A DNA stretch of 64,000 nt from an uncultured Acidobacteriota bacterium. GTDB lineage: Bacteria > Acidobacteriota > Vicinamibacteria > Vicinamibacterales > UBA2999. This document shows, piece after piece, positions 50,208 to 60,699 of this stretch. A model generated the notes under the pieces. That model made no database searches and was not told the DNA's origin. It saw only the letters and a program-made list of their open reading frames with translations. The translations under genes and the position numbers were made by a program. The first letter of the stretch is position 1. Each line of letters starts with the position of its first letter. Where the stretch lies: contig CAWFEX010000011.1 in the NCBI GenBank assembly GCA_963814955.1, positions 192,796-256,795 of the forward strand, read 5' to 3'.

Positions 50208-51209
50208 CACCGCCACCCGCCGGCGTCCGCGCATCCTCGTCGCCGACGATACGGACACGATTCGCGCGCTCTTCGAAAAACTTCTGACGGGCGAGGGATA
50301 TCAGGTCGTCAGCGCTGAGGACGGACTCGAGGCGCTCGACGCCGTGAGCGTTCATCACCCCGATGTCGATCCTGCCCGACGTCGGCATGCCCGGCATGGA
50401 CGGCATCGAAGTGTGCCGCAGGCTCAAAAGCGGATCCGGAGACTCGCCTGACGCCGGTCGTCCTGGTCACAGGCCTCTCTGACCTGCCGGATCGGATTCG
50501 CGGGATCGAGGCGGGGGCCGACGACTTTCTGTCCAAGCCGGTGCACCCGCAGGAGCTTCGCGCCCGCGTCGCGGCGCTCTTGCGCATGAAGCAGCTCACC
50601 GATGCGCTCGATTCGGCCGAAGCGGCATTCATGGCGCTGGCGCTGACGATCGAGGCGCGCGATCCAACCACGAAGGGACACTGCGAGCGGCTCGCACAGC
50701 GGGCCATGCGCCTGGGCCGCGCCTCGGCGTGTCCCCGGACGACCTCGAGTGCGCTGCATCGCGGCGGCTACCTGCACGATGTCGGCAAGGTCGGCGTGCC
50801 GGATTCAGTGCTGCTGAAAGCGGGGCCCGCTGTCAGACGCAGAATTTGCATTGATGAAGCGGCACACGGAAATCGGCGACTCGCTGTGCGCTCCGCTGCA
50901 GTCGCTGCGGCATGTCCGCCCGATCATCCGTTCGCATCACGAACGGCTCGACGGCAGCGGTTATCCAGACGGACTGCGCGGCGATGAAGTGCCGCTGCTC
51001 GCGCAGATCGTCGGGATCATCGACGTATACGATGCGCTGACCTCCGCGCGGCCCTATCGGCCGGCGCTGACCAGCGGGACGGCCATCCGCCACCTGATGC
51101 TCCAGGTGGAACAGCGCAAGTTTTCCAGAGGCTTGTCAAGACGTTCCTCGACACGCTGGACAAAGTCGAGGAGACGCCTCAACTGCCTGAAGTCGCAGCC
51201 TGCGGCTGA
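50200..51209 (+). pseudogene. Response regulator with HD-GYP phosphodiesterase domain (RpfG-like), multiple frameshifts
   Basis: REC segments (ILVADDTDTIRALFE, PGMDGIEVCRRLK, VVLVTGLSD, GADDFLSKPV) and HD-GYP segments (KGHCERLA, HDVGKVGVPDSVLLK, HTEIG, HHERLDGSGYPDGL) are spread over at least four reading-frame pieces. Confidence 0.7.
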
Positions 51210-51289
51210 AGAGGACCGCCGAAACCACGCCGCCCGGTCCGAAGAACCCGGCGCCTACGGTCATAACTTCCGAGACGCTGCGGCGCAGG

Positions 51290-52321
51290 TCAGCCGCCGC
51301 GCGTGTGCATCTCGAGGTGGGGATCCCGGCGCAGCGTATCGAGCGGGATGAGCGGTGCGCGGTCGCGCGTTGCAAGCCGATCTTCTGCGCCGCGGTCGCG
51401 ACGTGCCTCCCAGATGGATCGAATCAGCGCGGCCAGCTCCGGTGGAGTGGCCCCGCCCCGCAGCGCCGCTCGCAGGTCAGCACCCCGCGCGGCGTACAGG
51501 CAGAGGTACCACATGCCATCGGCGGTCAGCCGGCTGCGGTCGCAATCCTCGCAGAACGGCCGCGTCGTCGACGCAATGACGCCGAAGACGGTGCCGTCGG
51601 GAAGACGATAGCGATCGGCCGGGGCCGAGGAGACCTCGACGATGGGGGTGATCGGACCGTAGTGGCGCGCCAGAGACTGGAGCATCTCCGCGCGTGACAC
51701 CACGCGCTCCATCGACCAGTGGGTGGCGCCGCCAACGTCCATGTACTCGATGAAACGTACTTCGGCGCCATGCCGGCGGCCGAACTCAATCAGGTCCACG
51801 AGCTCGTCGTCGTTCGTTCCACGGATCACGACCGTGTCGATCTTGAGTCCGGGAAACAGCGGGGCGGCGGCGGCGATGCCCTCGAGCACCGGTGCGAGCT
51901 CGTCGGATCGGGTCAGCTGCGAAAGCGCTGCGGCTGCAGCGTATCGAGGCTGACAGTCAGCCGATGCAGCCCGGCCTGCGCCAGCGCCTGCGCATGCTGC
52001 GCCAGCAGCACGCCGTTGGTCGTCATCGCGAGGTCCTTGATGCCCTGACGCGAGGCCAGCGCCGCGACGAGCCGTGGAAGGTCGCGCCGCAGCAGCGGCT
52101 CGCCGCCGGTGAGCCGCACCTTGTCGACGCCCAGCTCCGACGAACACGTCGACGAGCTGCTCGATCTCCTCGAACTGCAGGATGTCCTCGCGCGGCAGCC
52201 AGACGTAGTCCTGCTCCGGCATGCAGTAGCTGCACCGCAGGTTGCAGCGGTCGGTCACCGACACCCGCAGATTGCGAAGCGGGCGCTGGAACTGGTCGAG
52301 GAGCACTGGGGTCATTATCAA
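51290..52321 (-). CDS. moaA: GTP 3',8-cyclase MoaA (radical SAM), with a compensating indel pair
   Basis: Radical SAM cluster CNLRCSYC and C-terminal cluster [14 protein letters not shown]. The central 70 aa of the uninterrupted ORF are nonsense, while the true segment [14 protein letters not shown]...TLQPQRFR is in ORF 51913-52119. Confidence 0.85.
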   Translation of the reverse strand: MIMTPVLLDQFQRPLRNLRVSVTDRCNLRCSYCMPEQDYVWLPREDILQFEEIEQLVDVFVGAGRRQGAAHRRRAAAAARPSTARRGAGLASGHQGPRDDDQRRAAGAACAGAGAGRAASADCQPRYAAAAALSQLTRSDELAPVLEGIAAAAPLFPGLKIDTVVIRGTNDDELVDLIEFGRRHGAEVRFIEYMDVGGATHWSMERVVSRAEMLQSLARHYGPITPIVEVSSAPADRYRLPDGTVFGVIASTTRPFCEDCDRSRLTADGMWYLCLYAARGADLRAALRGGATPPELAALIRSIWEARRDRGAEDRLATRDRAPLIPLDTLRRDPHLEMHTRGG

Positions 52322-52324
52322 TCA

Positions 52325-52400
52325 GGTCAAAGGGGAAAGGTCAGGCAAAGGTAAGTACCTTTGACTTCACCTTTGCCTTTTGCCTTTTGACTTTTGACCT
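52325..52400. repeat. Imperfect inverted TTTGMCY/GGTCAAAG tract
   Basis: ggtcaaaggggaaaggtcaggcaaaggtaagt / acctttgacttcacctttgccttttgccttttgacttttgacc sits between the radical-SAM gene and moaA. It ends in ttgaccttacggt, like the 11246 tract. Confidence 0.65.
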
Positions 52401-52405
52401 TACGG

Positions 52406-53534
52406 TTACACAATCGACAGCCTGGTGCGGTCGTGGGGCAGGAACGGGAAGGCTGTGCGCTGGCCCTCGAAAGAGGCGCTCCAGCGCCCGGGAATCCGGG
52501 TCGCGCACCTGGGGCACGTCCCGTCCGGCGTCAGCCGGTACTCCTGAATCAGATATCCGTACCGCGTGATGAGCCGCTCGCCGCAGTGCGTGGCAGGCGG
52601 TGTGTTCCAGGTCGCCGACCCGCCCCGGAAGGTTGCCGGCGTAGACGTACCGCAGGCCAGACTCGCGGCCGATGCCGCGGCTGCTGTCTGCAGCATCGCC
52701 GCCGTGGTGTTGGACGGCGTCGGTCATCCTGTAGTCCTGGTGAAACGCGGTGACGTGCCAGGGAATATCCACCGACACGCCGGCCAGGAACTCCGTGAGC
52801 CGGCGCAGTTCTGGCTCGCTGTCGTTGAAGCCCGGAACGAGCAGGGTCACGATCTCAACCCAGACGCCGCTCGCATGCAGCCAGCGAATCGTCTCGAGAA
52901 TCGGCTCGAGGCGTCCGCCAAGCTCCCGGTAACGCTTGTCGTCGAAGCTCTTGAGATCGACCTTGTACAAGTCGATATGCGGACGGAGGTATTCGAGCAC
53001 GCGCGTCGTGCCGTTGCCGTTGGAGACGAAGCCGGTGACGAGTCCCTGCTCGCGCGCAGCCTGGAACATCGCGACGGCCCACTCGACGGTGATGAGCGGT
53101 TCGTTATACGTCGAAACAACAATCTTCGCGTGCTGGCGCAGCGCATCCTGGACGAGCGATTCGGGTGTCGTATCACGCGGCGGCGCCACCGCCTGCGGAT
53201 CGCGCAGCGCCTGAGACGTAACCCAGTTCTGACAGTAGCTGCAGTGAAGGTCGCATCCGAGCATCCCGAAGCTGTACGCGAGCGCGCCGGGGTATGCGTG
53301 AAAGAACGGCTTTTTCTCGACCGGGTCGCACTGCACGCCGCCAACGTAGCCCCACGGCACTCGGAGACGCCCGCCTTCGTTATACCGGACCTTGCATACG
53401 CCACGGGCTCCCACCGGAATCGGGCAGCGATGTCCGCACGCGTAGCAGCGCAGGCGCGTCTCGTCGATCGATTCGACGAGCTCCGGCGCTGCGTCGCGCG
53501 TGCGCACCGCAAGGACTTCTTCGAGGGTTGCCAT
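52406..53534 (-). CDS. AmmeMemoRadiSam system radical SAM enzyme, frameshifted C-terminus
   Basis: CYACGHRCPIPVGARGVCKVR, DPVEKKPFFH and the radical SAM cluster CDLHCSYCQN. The C-terminal zinc-ribbon part HCGERLITRYGY...CPRCATRIPGRW lies in ORF 52406-52696. Confidence 0.75.
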
Positions 53535-53637
53535 TTCTGACTTGTCCGTTCCCGGTCTACTGCCGTCGAACACGTATCGCGAGTGCCTCGTCCGTTGTGG
53601 CCCTCTACTAGATCGATCGTACGATACCGGTCAATCG

Positions 53638-54810
53638 ATGCACCGGATTCCCAGGCCCGTGTGGCTGCTCGGCTGGTCGAGTCTGTTCACCGATGCGGCC
53701 ACCGAGATGATCTACCCGTTGTTGCCGGTATATCTCTCCAGAGTGCTTGGCACCGGCGCCCTGTCGCTGGGGATCATCGAAGGAGTAGCCGAGGCGGTCA
53801 ACAGCGCGCTCAAGATCGTCTCAGGTTACGTTTCGGACCGTCGGGAGAAGCGCCGGTCGATCGTGATCGCGGGTTACGCGTTGTCCTCGACCGCGAGGCC
53901 GCTCATCGCCCTCACGACAGGCTGGCCCCAGGTGCTTCTGGTACGGGCGCTCGACCGCACGGGGAAGGGCATTCGCGGCGCACCACGGGACGCGATGCTC
54001 GCGCGTTTTGCCGCCACCGGCGAACGCGGGCGCATTTTTGGTTTCCATCGCGCCATGGATCACGCCGGCGCCATTATCGGCCCGCTCGTCGCCACCGCAA
54101 TCCTGTTCTTCGCGCCTGGGGAATATCGCCTGGTGTTCGCGCTGACTGTGATTCCGGGCGCAATCGCCGTTGCGCTGTTGTTTCTGGTACCGGAGCCGGC
54201 AGCAGTAGCGCCCATACCGGTCGCGTCAACAGGCGATTCCGGCGCTCGTCCTGAAGGTCGCAGGCACCTGTTCGCGTTCCTCGCAATACTGCTGTTGTTC
54301 AGTCTCGGTAATTCCGCTGACGCGTTCCTGTTGCTGCGGCTGGCTGACGAAATCGGCAATGCGACGTACGTGCCTCTGCTCTGGTCGGGACTGCACGTTG
54401 TAAAGGCGTCGCTCTCGACGTGGGGCGGAACGTTGTCGGACCGTATCGGGCGCAAGCAGGTAATCGTCATCGGCTGGCTACTTTACGCGCTCGTCTACAT
54501 CGGCTTCGCGACGGCCAGTGACCGCGCAGACCCTCATTGCGTGGTTCCTCATCTATGGCGTTTTCTTCGCGCTCACGGAGGGAGCGGAAAAGGCGCTGGT
54601 CGCCGATCTGGCGCCTGCCAGCAGGCACGGCCTTGCGTTCGGCGCATACAACACTGCATTGGGTATAGGTGCGCTGGGCGCAAGCATCGTGTTCGGCCTG
54701 CTGTACGAGCGGTTCGGCGCGGCAACGGCGTTCACGACCGGTGCGGCGCTGGCGGCCTCGGCAGCCTTGCTGCTGTCGTTCGTTCCGATGTCGTCAAGGG
54801 CGGGTGCTAT
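53638..54810 (+). CDS. MFS transporter, frameshifted (3' end approximate)
   Basis: MHRIPRPVWLLGWSSLFTD start and the DRTGKGIRGAPRDA loop. The C-terminal six helices continue in ORF 54518-54964 after a shift near 54515. Confidence 0.7.
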
Positions 54811-54824
54811 GATCGTAGGTTCCG

Positions 54825-55587
54825 ATGCCTCGAATTCTTCGTCACTAATGACGACGGTGTGCATTCAGAAGGAATACATGCACTTGCCGAAGCGCTGGCG
54901 CCGCTCGGCGAGGTTACGGTCGTTGCGCCGATTCAGGAAGCCAGCGCGATTGGACACGCGCTGACGCTGAGACGTCCGTTGCGGCTGGAGCGCGTGCGAA
55001 ACGACGTCTATGCCGTTGACGGCACGCCGACCGACTGCGTCAACGTAGCGATCGCGCACGTGCTGAACGGCAAGCCGGATCTGATCGTGTCGGGCATAAA
55101 CAAGGGTTGGAACCTGGGCGACGACGTGACGTATTCGGGCACCGTGTCTGGCGCGCTGGAAGGCGCGCTGCTCGGCATTCCGAGTCATCGGCGTTCTCGA
55201 CGCAAAACAAGGGCAACCACTTCGATTTTGCACCGGCGGCGCAGGTCGGCGTTCACCCTTGCCGAAGCCGTTCTCGGGCGCGGGATGCCGAAGTTCACGC
55301 TCCTCAACATCAACGTCCCGTTCGGGCCGAACAAGGGGTTTCGGGCGACCGTGCAGGCGAAGCGCAATCATGTCACCGTGGTGAGCAAGCGGATCGACCC
55401 GCGTGATCGCGCGTATTACTGGATCGAGGAAGGGGAGAACACGTGGGAGCCGCACGACCGCTCGGATTACCAGGCGGTGCGCGACGGCTACATCTCGATT
55501 ACGCCGCTGCATCCTGACATGACGGCGCACGGTGCGCTGGGCTTTGTCGAGAGTCTGCCGCTGGTGACGCCCGCGGAGGTACGGTAG
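54825..55587 (+). CDS. surE: 5'/3'-nucleotidase SurE, frameshifted
   Basis: VTNDDGVHSEGIHALAEAL, SGINKGWNLGDDVTYSGTVSGALEG. The ATG at 54825 is out of frame with VTNDDG, and a second compensating indel pair lies around 55190-55260. Confidence 0.85.
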
Positions 55588-55601
55588 ACTGATTTCTTCG
55601 T

Positions 55602-55680
<79 letters not shown>

Positions 55681-56038
55681 TTTCCTCATTTTCCTCAGAG
55701 AATCCGCAGAACTTAGTCTGGCGGGTCACTCGGTTTTCACTTCCAATTCGAGGGTCGAGAACCGAGTGTCCGGTGCTTCAAATCAGGCCTTCCTCCAAAA
55801 TCCTTCGAGATTTCTCGCTTCCGTCGCTCGCGACTGGTCCATCCCACGGACTCTGCGAAGCAAAGCGCTACCCTCCACGCTACCCTGACAATCGAGATCC
55901 GGCACGATTCGCGATCTGACTAATCAGTTGATCGTGTTGTCGCGACGATGCCATCCGGGGCCGGATCCAAGCCGAGTTTCGCGGCGCGGGAAGGACCTGC
56001 TGGGCACATCCGACGGCGCCGGATGTGGCTGGAGACTG

Positions 56039-59000
56039 TTAGCCGCTGGCCACCTTCGCCTGCCGGAAGAAATCCGCGGGCATTGGTCTTTGCAATTTCC
56101 ACACGAAGCTGATTGGCCGGTCGCCCTTGTGCGAGACGTAGTCTGCGGGGCCGATGAACGTGTAGGGCATCGTGCGCCCGTCCTGCTTCTTTCGTGGACG
56201 CACGAAGAGCAGGATATGGCCGCCACGGTTCCGGTGATGAATGTAGCGCTGCCCGGTCTTCGAACGCTGCGTGGTGGTTGACTGCGATTCCCAATGGAAC
56301 AGAGTGGGCGAAATCGCATAGTCCTTGTAGAGCGTGGATGGCGAATATTCGCGCTCTGATTTTTCAAGCGTCACAAAGAACAGGTCGGAGTTCGTCTGCT
56401 CGTCACGAATCACCCCGGTCTGCTTCCAGGCGGTCTTATTGAAATCCAGCATCCCGAATGCTGTGAGGACATCGTCCACCGTGTGGCGCGCGTGCACGGA
56501 CAGGGGCACGCGGAGGGGCGATCCAGTGGGCCGGGCGAGGTCCAGCGGATAGGTGAGATGCTCTGACCGCTCGTCCAGGAGGGGAATCAGCTCGCGCAGT
56601 TCCTCGCACGATCGCCGGATGCGCGTGAAGGAGCGCGACCGACTCGGCGAGTGTCTTGGGTGCGATCTTCGATGGGATCGCGGCGAAATGAAAGCCGGTC
56701 ACGAGGCGACGATCGGCGTCAGTCCGTTGGATCACGGATGCCGATGCCGCTAGGCGTTCATAGGCCTCGAGCCGAAGCGGATCGTCCACGTGGAGTAGTC
56801 CGGCCAGGCGATCACCGATGAGCGTTTCATATGGCCCTGGAGCGGGCACCTCCAGGCGCGCGTCACGTTGCAGGCCCGACCAACTGCCGGAACGGTACAC
56901 GTCCTCCAACTCCAGGCCCGCCTCCTGAAGGAATTCGGGAAGCGTGATACGACGCCCGGACGCCGAACGAGCGCCGGCGAGCGCCATCAATTCCCTCACC
57001 ATCGCAGGACGACGCGAGGGAATGGCGCTCTTCAGGTTGCCGAGGACGATCTGCGTCGCGACGCGATCCAGCTGCATCGAGCAGCCCGCAGGCAGGAACG
57101 GAAAACCCAGTTGCACCTGCTTCTCGACTTCGGTTCGCGTCGTCCCTGTGACGGCGCGATAGCGAAGGTCGAAGCGGAACTGCCGATGCGACTGGCCGAT
57201 GAAGTCCAGGACCGTCACGCAATCTTTTCTCTCATGGCGCCGCAGCCCGCGGCCGAGCTGCTGGAGAAACACGAGCGCGCTTTCCGTCGGCCGAAGAAAG
57301 AGCAGCGTATCGACCTCCGGGAGATCGACCCCCTCGTTGAACAGGTCTACCGCGAAGAGTACCCGCACCCGACCCGCGCGCAACGAGGCCAGAGCGGCCT
57401 TTCGCGTCTCGCTGTCGGTGTTCGCTGACACGGCGACTGACGGTAGACCGACCTCCGTGAACCGCCGTGCCATGAACTCCGCGTGCGCAATACTCACGCA
57501 AAATCCCAGCGCGCGCATCGTCCCCGCATCGCGGTGCTTCTGCCGCACCTGCTCCAGTACCAATCTCACCCGCGCATCGTCTCCGGTGTACAGGCGCTCG
57601 AGTTCCGCCGTGTCATAGCCTTTGCGAGACCACCGAACCGATGACAAGTCGGTGTTGTCATGCAGCCCGAAATATTGGAACGGGCAGAGCAACCCGCGCT
57701 CGAGCGCATCCCAGAGCCGCACTTCCACCGCGATGTGATTGTCGAAGTAGTGAAGGATGTCTTCGGCGTCGGTGCGTTCGGGCGTGGCGGTCAGCCCCAG
57801 GAGGATTCTGGGCGGCTGTCGAGCCGAGTCGGCCTTTGCGCCGCCGAAGAGATGTTCGAGCAGCCGCCGATACGTCGGCGCCGCCGCATGATGGAACTCG
57901 TCGACAATCACGACGTCGAATGCGGCCGGATCGAGCTGCGCCAAATCGACCTGCGCCAGGGACTGAATGGAAGCAAATACGTGCCGCCACTCGTCGGGCC
58001 GATGGCCGTCCACGTAGAGCTCGCCGAAGTCTCCCGATCGCAGGACTTGGCGGAACGCGCCGACGCTCTGCCTCAGGATTTCTTGTCGATGGGCCACAAA
58101 CAGCAGACGGAGATCTCCGTGCTGATCGCGCAGGCGCTTGTAGTCGAGCGCGGCGACGATGGTCTTGCCGGTTCCCGTCGCGGCCACGACAAGATTCTTG
58201 AAGCGGTGATGCCGTTCGCGCTCCACGGCGAGCTTCTCGAGCATCTCGCGCTGGTGGGGCCACGGTTCGACATCCAGGAACAGAAGCGGCGCCTCGAGAA
58301 AGTCGCCTTGCTCCGGCGCGACCGCGCGATCGAATCGCGCGGCATCCCGGGCCGGTTCATAGGATTCGTATTCGGGACTCTCCCAGTACGTTTCGAACGT
58401 GGCATCGAACTTCTCAAGGATGTCCGGCGAGCCCACCTGCGATAGGCGCACGTTCCACTCCACGCCGTCCACGAGGGCTGACTTCGAGAGATTTGACGAG
58501 CCGATGTAGGCGGTGGAGTAGCCACTGGCGCGGCGGAAGAGCCACGCTTTCGCATGAAGGCGCGTGGACTGCGTGTCGTACGAGACCTTGACCTGCGCGC
58601 CGCGCGCCACCAGCCAATCGAGCGCTTTCCGTTCCGTGGATCCGGTAAACACGGTGGTGATCACACGGAGTGGCCTGCCCGCTCGGCACAGCGCCTCGAG
58701 CGGATCGGCCAACAGCCGCAGCCCATGCCATCGCACGAAAGCGCACAGCAAGTCGATGGAATCGGCGGACGGGATCTCGTGGGCGAGCGCGTGGGCGAGG
58801 CCAGGCTCCCCGCGTGCATTCACCAGGAGGTCTGACGCGGACAGCGCGACTAGCGGGGCGATGACGTTCCAATCCTCGTTCGGCAATCTGGCGATCCGCT
58901 GAATCGCACGCAGTTGTTCAGGCGGGCTTTGGACCAAATCATCGTTGGGCCGACCGTCAGCTGGATTGGCGGCAAGCGAACTGATGATCTTGTTCGTCAG

Positions 59001-59225
59001 ATCCGATTGCGCAGCGGCCCGGTCTTCTTGAGGGAGAGCGTCCAGTGCACGGGCCACCACGGTTGCGATGTGCCGAGCCAAGATGGCATGTGTCTCGGCT
59101 GCGTCGATCTCCTCAGTGACGATGTGGGCGGTGGCGGAATCGAAGCGGAGAAGCCGCGCCTTCAGGCCGGCCGTGACGAGGCGCTCGTAGAGCCCGAAAG
59201 GGAGGTCATCGTCGTCGGTGGACAT
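56039..59225 (-). CDS. SauUSI-like PLD nuclease / SF2 helicase / DUF3427 protein (putative type IV modification-dependent restriction enzyme), one frameshift
   Basis: PLD HKD motif HAKAWLF...GSSNLS, helicase motifs AATGTGKT, DEFHHAAA, TATPER and a QQLGRGLR-type motif VI. The C-terminal DUF3427-like module (ORF 56039-56509: LFFVTLEKSEREYSPSTLYKDYAISPTLFHWESQS...LLFVR) joins after an extra base near 56615. Confidence 0.75.
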
Positions 59226-59330
59226 CGGGAAACGCGGGCAAGGTTACTCGAGGGCGACCCGCCCGAACAATGATCGTCGGGCTCGAACCCGAGCGCTGGA
59301 CTGCTGGCGGCATGCCGCACACGTTGATCG

Positions 59331-59630
59331 TTAGATCCGCGGACCGCGTTCGCGACGCGCGCCCCAGAGGGCGCGAACGATCACTCGTGTGTCATCGAAC
59401 GTGTAATAGAGATGGACGGCGACTCTCCTGAGGTAGACGCGGCGAACGCCGGGAACGGGCGATTGAGCGTAGAGCGTTCCGGCACCCGGAAGCACCGCGA
59501 TGATCTGGAGCGCCTGTTCGAGTTCCTCGGTAAACACGTCCGGGTGGTCGCGGTTGGCCAACCACCAGGCTTTCTCTCGCCGAACGTGTTCTTGCGCAGT
59601 GGCTGTGAAGCGAACGCGGCGATTCTTCAA
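59331..59630 (-). CDS. RelE/ParE family toxin
   Basis: 99 aa with a ParE-like pattern (A..HV...KAWW...R, P.AG, R.Y..R...HLYY). Its TTG start overlaps the antitoxin stop (TTGA). Confidence 0.7.
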   Translation of the reverse strand: MKNRRVRFTATAQEHVRREKAWWLANRDHPDVFTEELEQALQIIAVLPGAGTLYAQSPVPGVRRVYLRRVAVHLYYTFDDTRVIVRALWGARRERGPRI

Positions 59631-59851
59631 CGCGATCGAAGTTGGCGAAGGATCACGTCCGCGTCGACGAGACGACCGGCCTTGATGTCTTCGTCGGAAT
59701 CTTTCAGAGCCTGATGGAGCGCGGCTCGATCTTCCTCATCGAGCCAGTCTCCGGGATCGAGCGGCAGGAGCTCGATTTCGGTTCCTTCGGGCAGATCGGT
59801 GGGCTCATCGACGACAAGTCGCCCGGCCTTCACTCGAGCCTTCAGCGTCAT
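59627..59851 (-). CDS. Antitoxin partner of the ParE-like toxin
   Basis: 74-aa acidic protein (MTLKARVKAGRLVVDEP...EEDRAALHQALKDSDEDIKAGRLVDAD) immediately upstream of the toxin and overlapping it. Confidence 0.6.
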   Translation of the reverse strand: MTLKARVKAGRLVVDEPTDLPEGTEIELLPLDPGDWLDEEDRAALHQALKDSDEDIKAGRLVDADVILRQLRSR

Positions 59852-60077
59852 GCGATCACAGTAGCACCGCGACCGTTGCTCCACAACTCAGGAGACGCGC
59901 GAGCTGGAAGCGGCCGCGATGGGCGAGATCCGGACGAACCGTCGCGAGCATCGACCGCGCCGGAAATTGGCGGCCGTGTTCGGCGAATGCGGGAGCTGGC
60001 CGCGGCCGAACCGCTACCCGGTGACTACCCGAGTGCGAGAATCTGCGAAATCGTTCGAAAACTCGACGCGGCAACGA

Positions 60078-60126
<49 letters not shown>

Positions 60127-60137
60127 CTTTTCATCAA

Positions 60138-60182
60138 TTGGTTGCAACGAAATCTGCAACGGGCGCCGCGAGTGGCGCCCGT
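60138..60182 (+). repeat. Conserved two-hairpin block following a tRNA-Pro 3' end (copy 2), followed by a T-run
   Basis: ttggttgcaacgaaatctgcaacgggcgccgcgagtggcgcccgt followed by tggcgtttt. It differs from 27814-27859 by one substitution and one 1-nt indel. Confidence 0.7.
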
Positions 60183-60220
60183 TGGCGTTTTCTGGCCGGC
60201 CATGAGCGAGCTTCCCTGCC

Positions 60221-60454
60221 GTGATGGTAGCCAACTCGCGGCATAAATCTCGCCTACGACGCGGCCGCGCGGCCCTGGGTTCTATCGTGTCTGGAGTGCT
60301 GACTTTTTTCGCACTCGCGGACGTTCTGACCGTCAGCCCGGAGACTGTCTGGAAGTGGATCAAGGCAGGCTTGCTGCCGGCGTTCAAGTTCCAAGGCGAA
60401 GCGCGCATCGCGAAGGCGGACGCCATCGCGTTCATCGAGCAGGCGCGGCTTTAG
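60221..60454 (+). CDS. Excisionase-type HTH_17 DNA-binding protein
   Basis: LADVLTVSPETVWKWIKAGLLPAFKFQGEARIAKADAIAFIEQARL. It is a paralogue of the remnant at 31155-31412. Confidence 0.65.
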   Translation: MMVANSRHKSRLRRGRAALGSIVSGVLTFFALADVLTVSPETVWKWIKAGLLPAFKFQGEARIAKADAIAFIEQARL

Positions 60455-60699
60455 CGTTGATATGGCTGGGATCTGTCAACTGGGCAGATCGCTCCCGACC
60501 TCACGCGTTGTGAGTTCCCCTTCTCAGCACGCTCTTTCCGTGCTCTTCGTTCTTCAGATCCGTCTGGTCGGCGGCACCGCGTTCTAGCGACGGTTGACGC
60601 TGCTGATATCCGCGGGTTGGGTACCGCCCAGACTGTGGTTCGTCGCGGAGCTGCCTCGCCCTAGGCACGGACGTATCGATGGTGCTGATGTCCATAACG

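Noticed and set aside
53500-55587. 695-aa ORF suggesting an MFS transporter-SurE fusion protein
   Set aside because: The middle 100 or so residues are Arg/Gly-rich wrong-frame sequence. The MFS C-terminal helices are in ORF 54518-54964, and SurE has its own ATG at 54825. These are two separate genes joined by indels.
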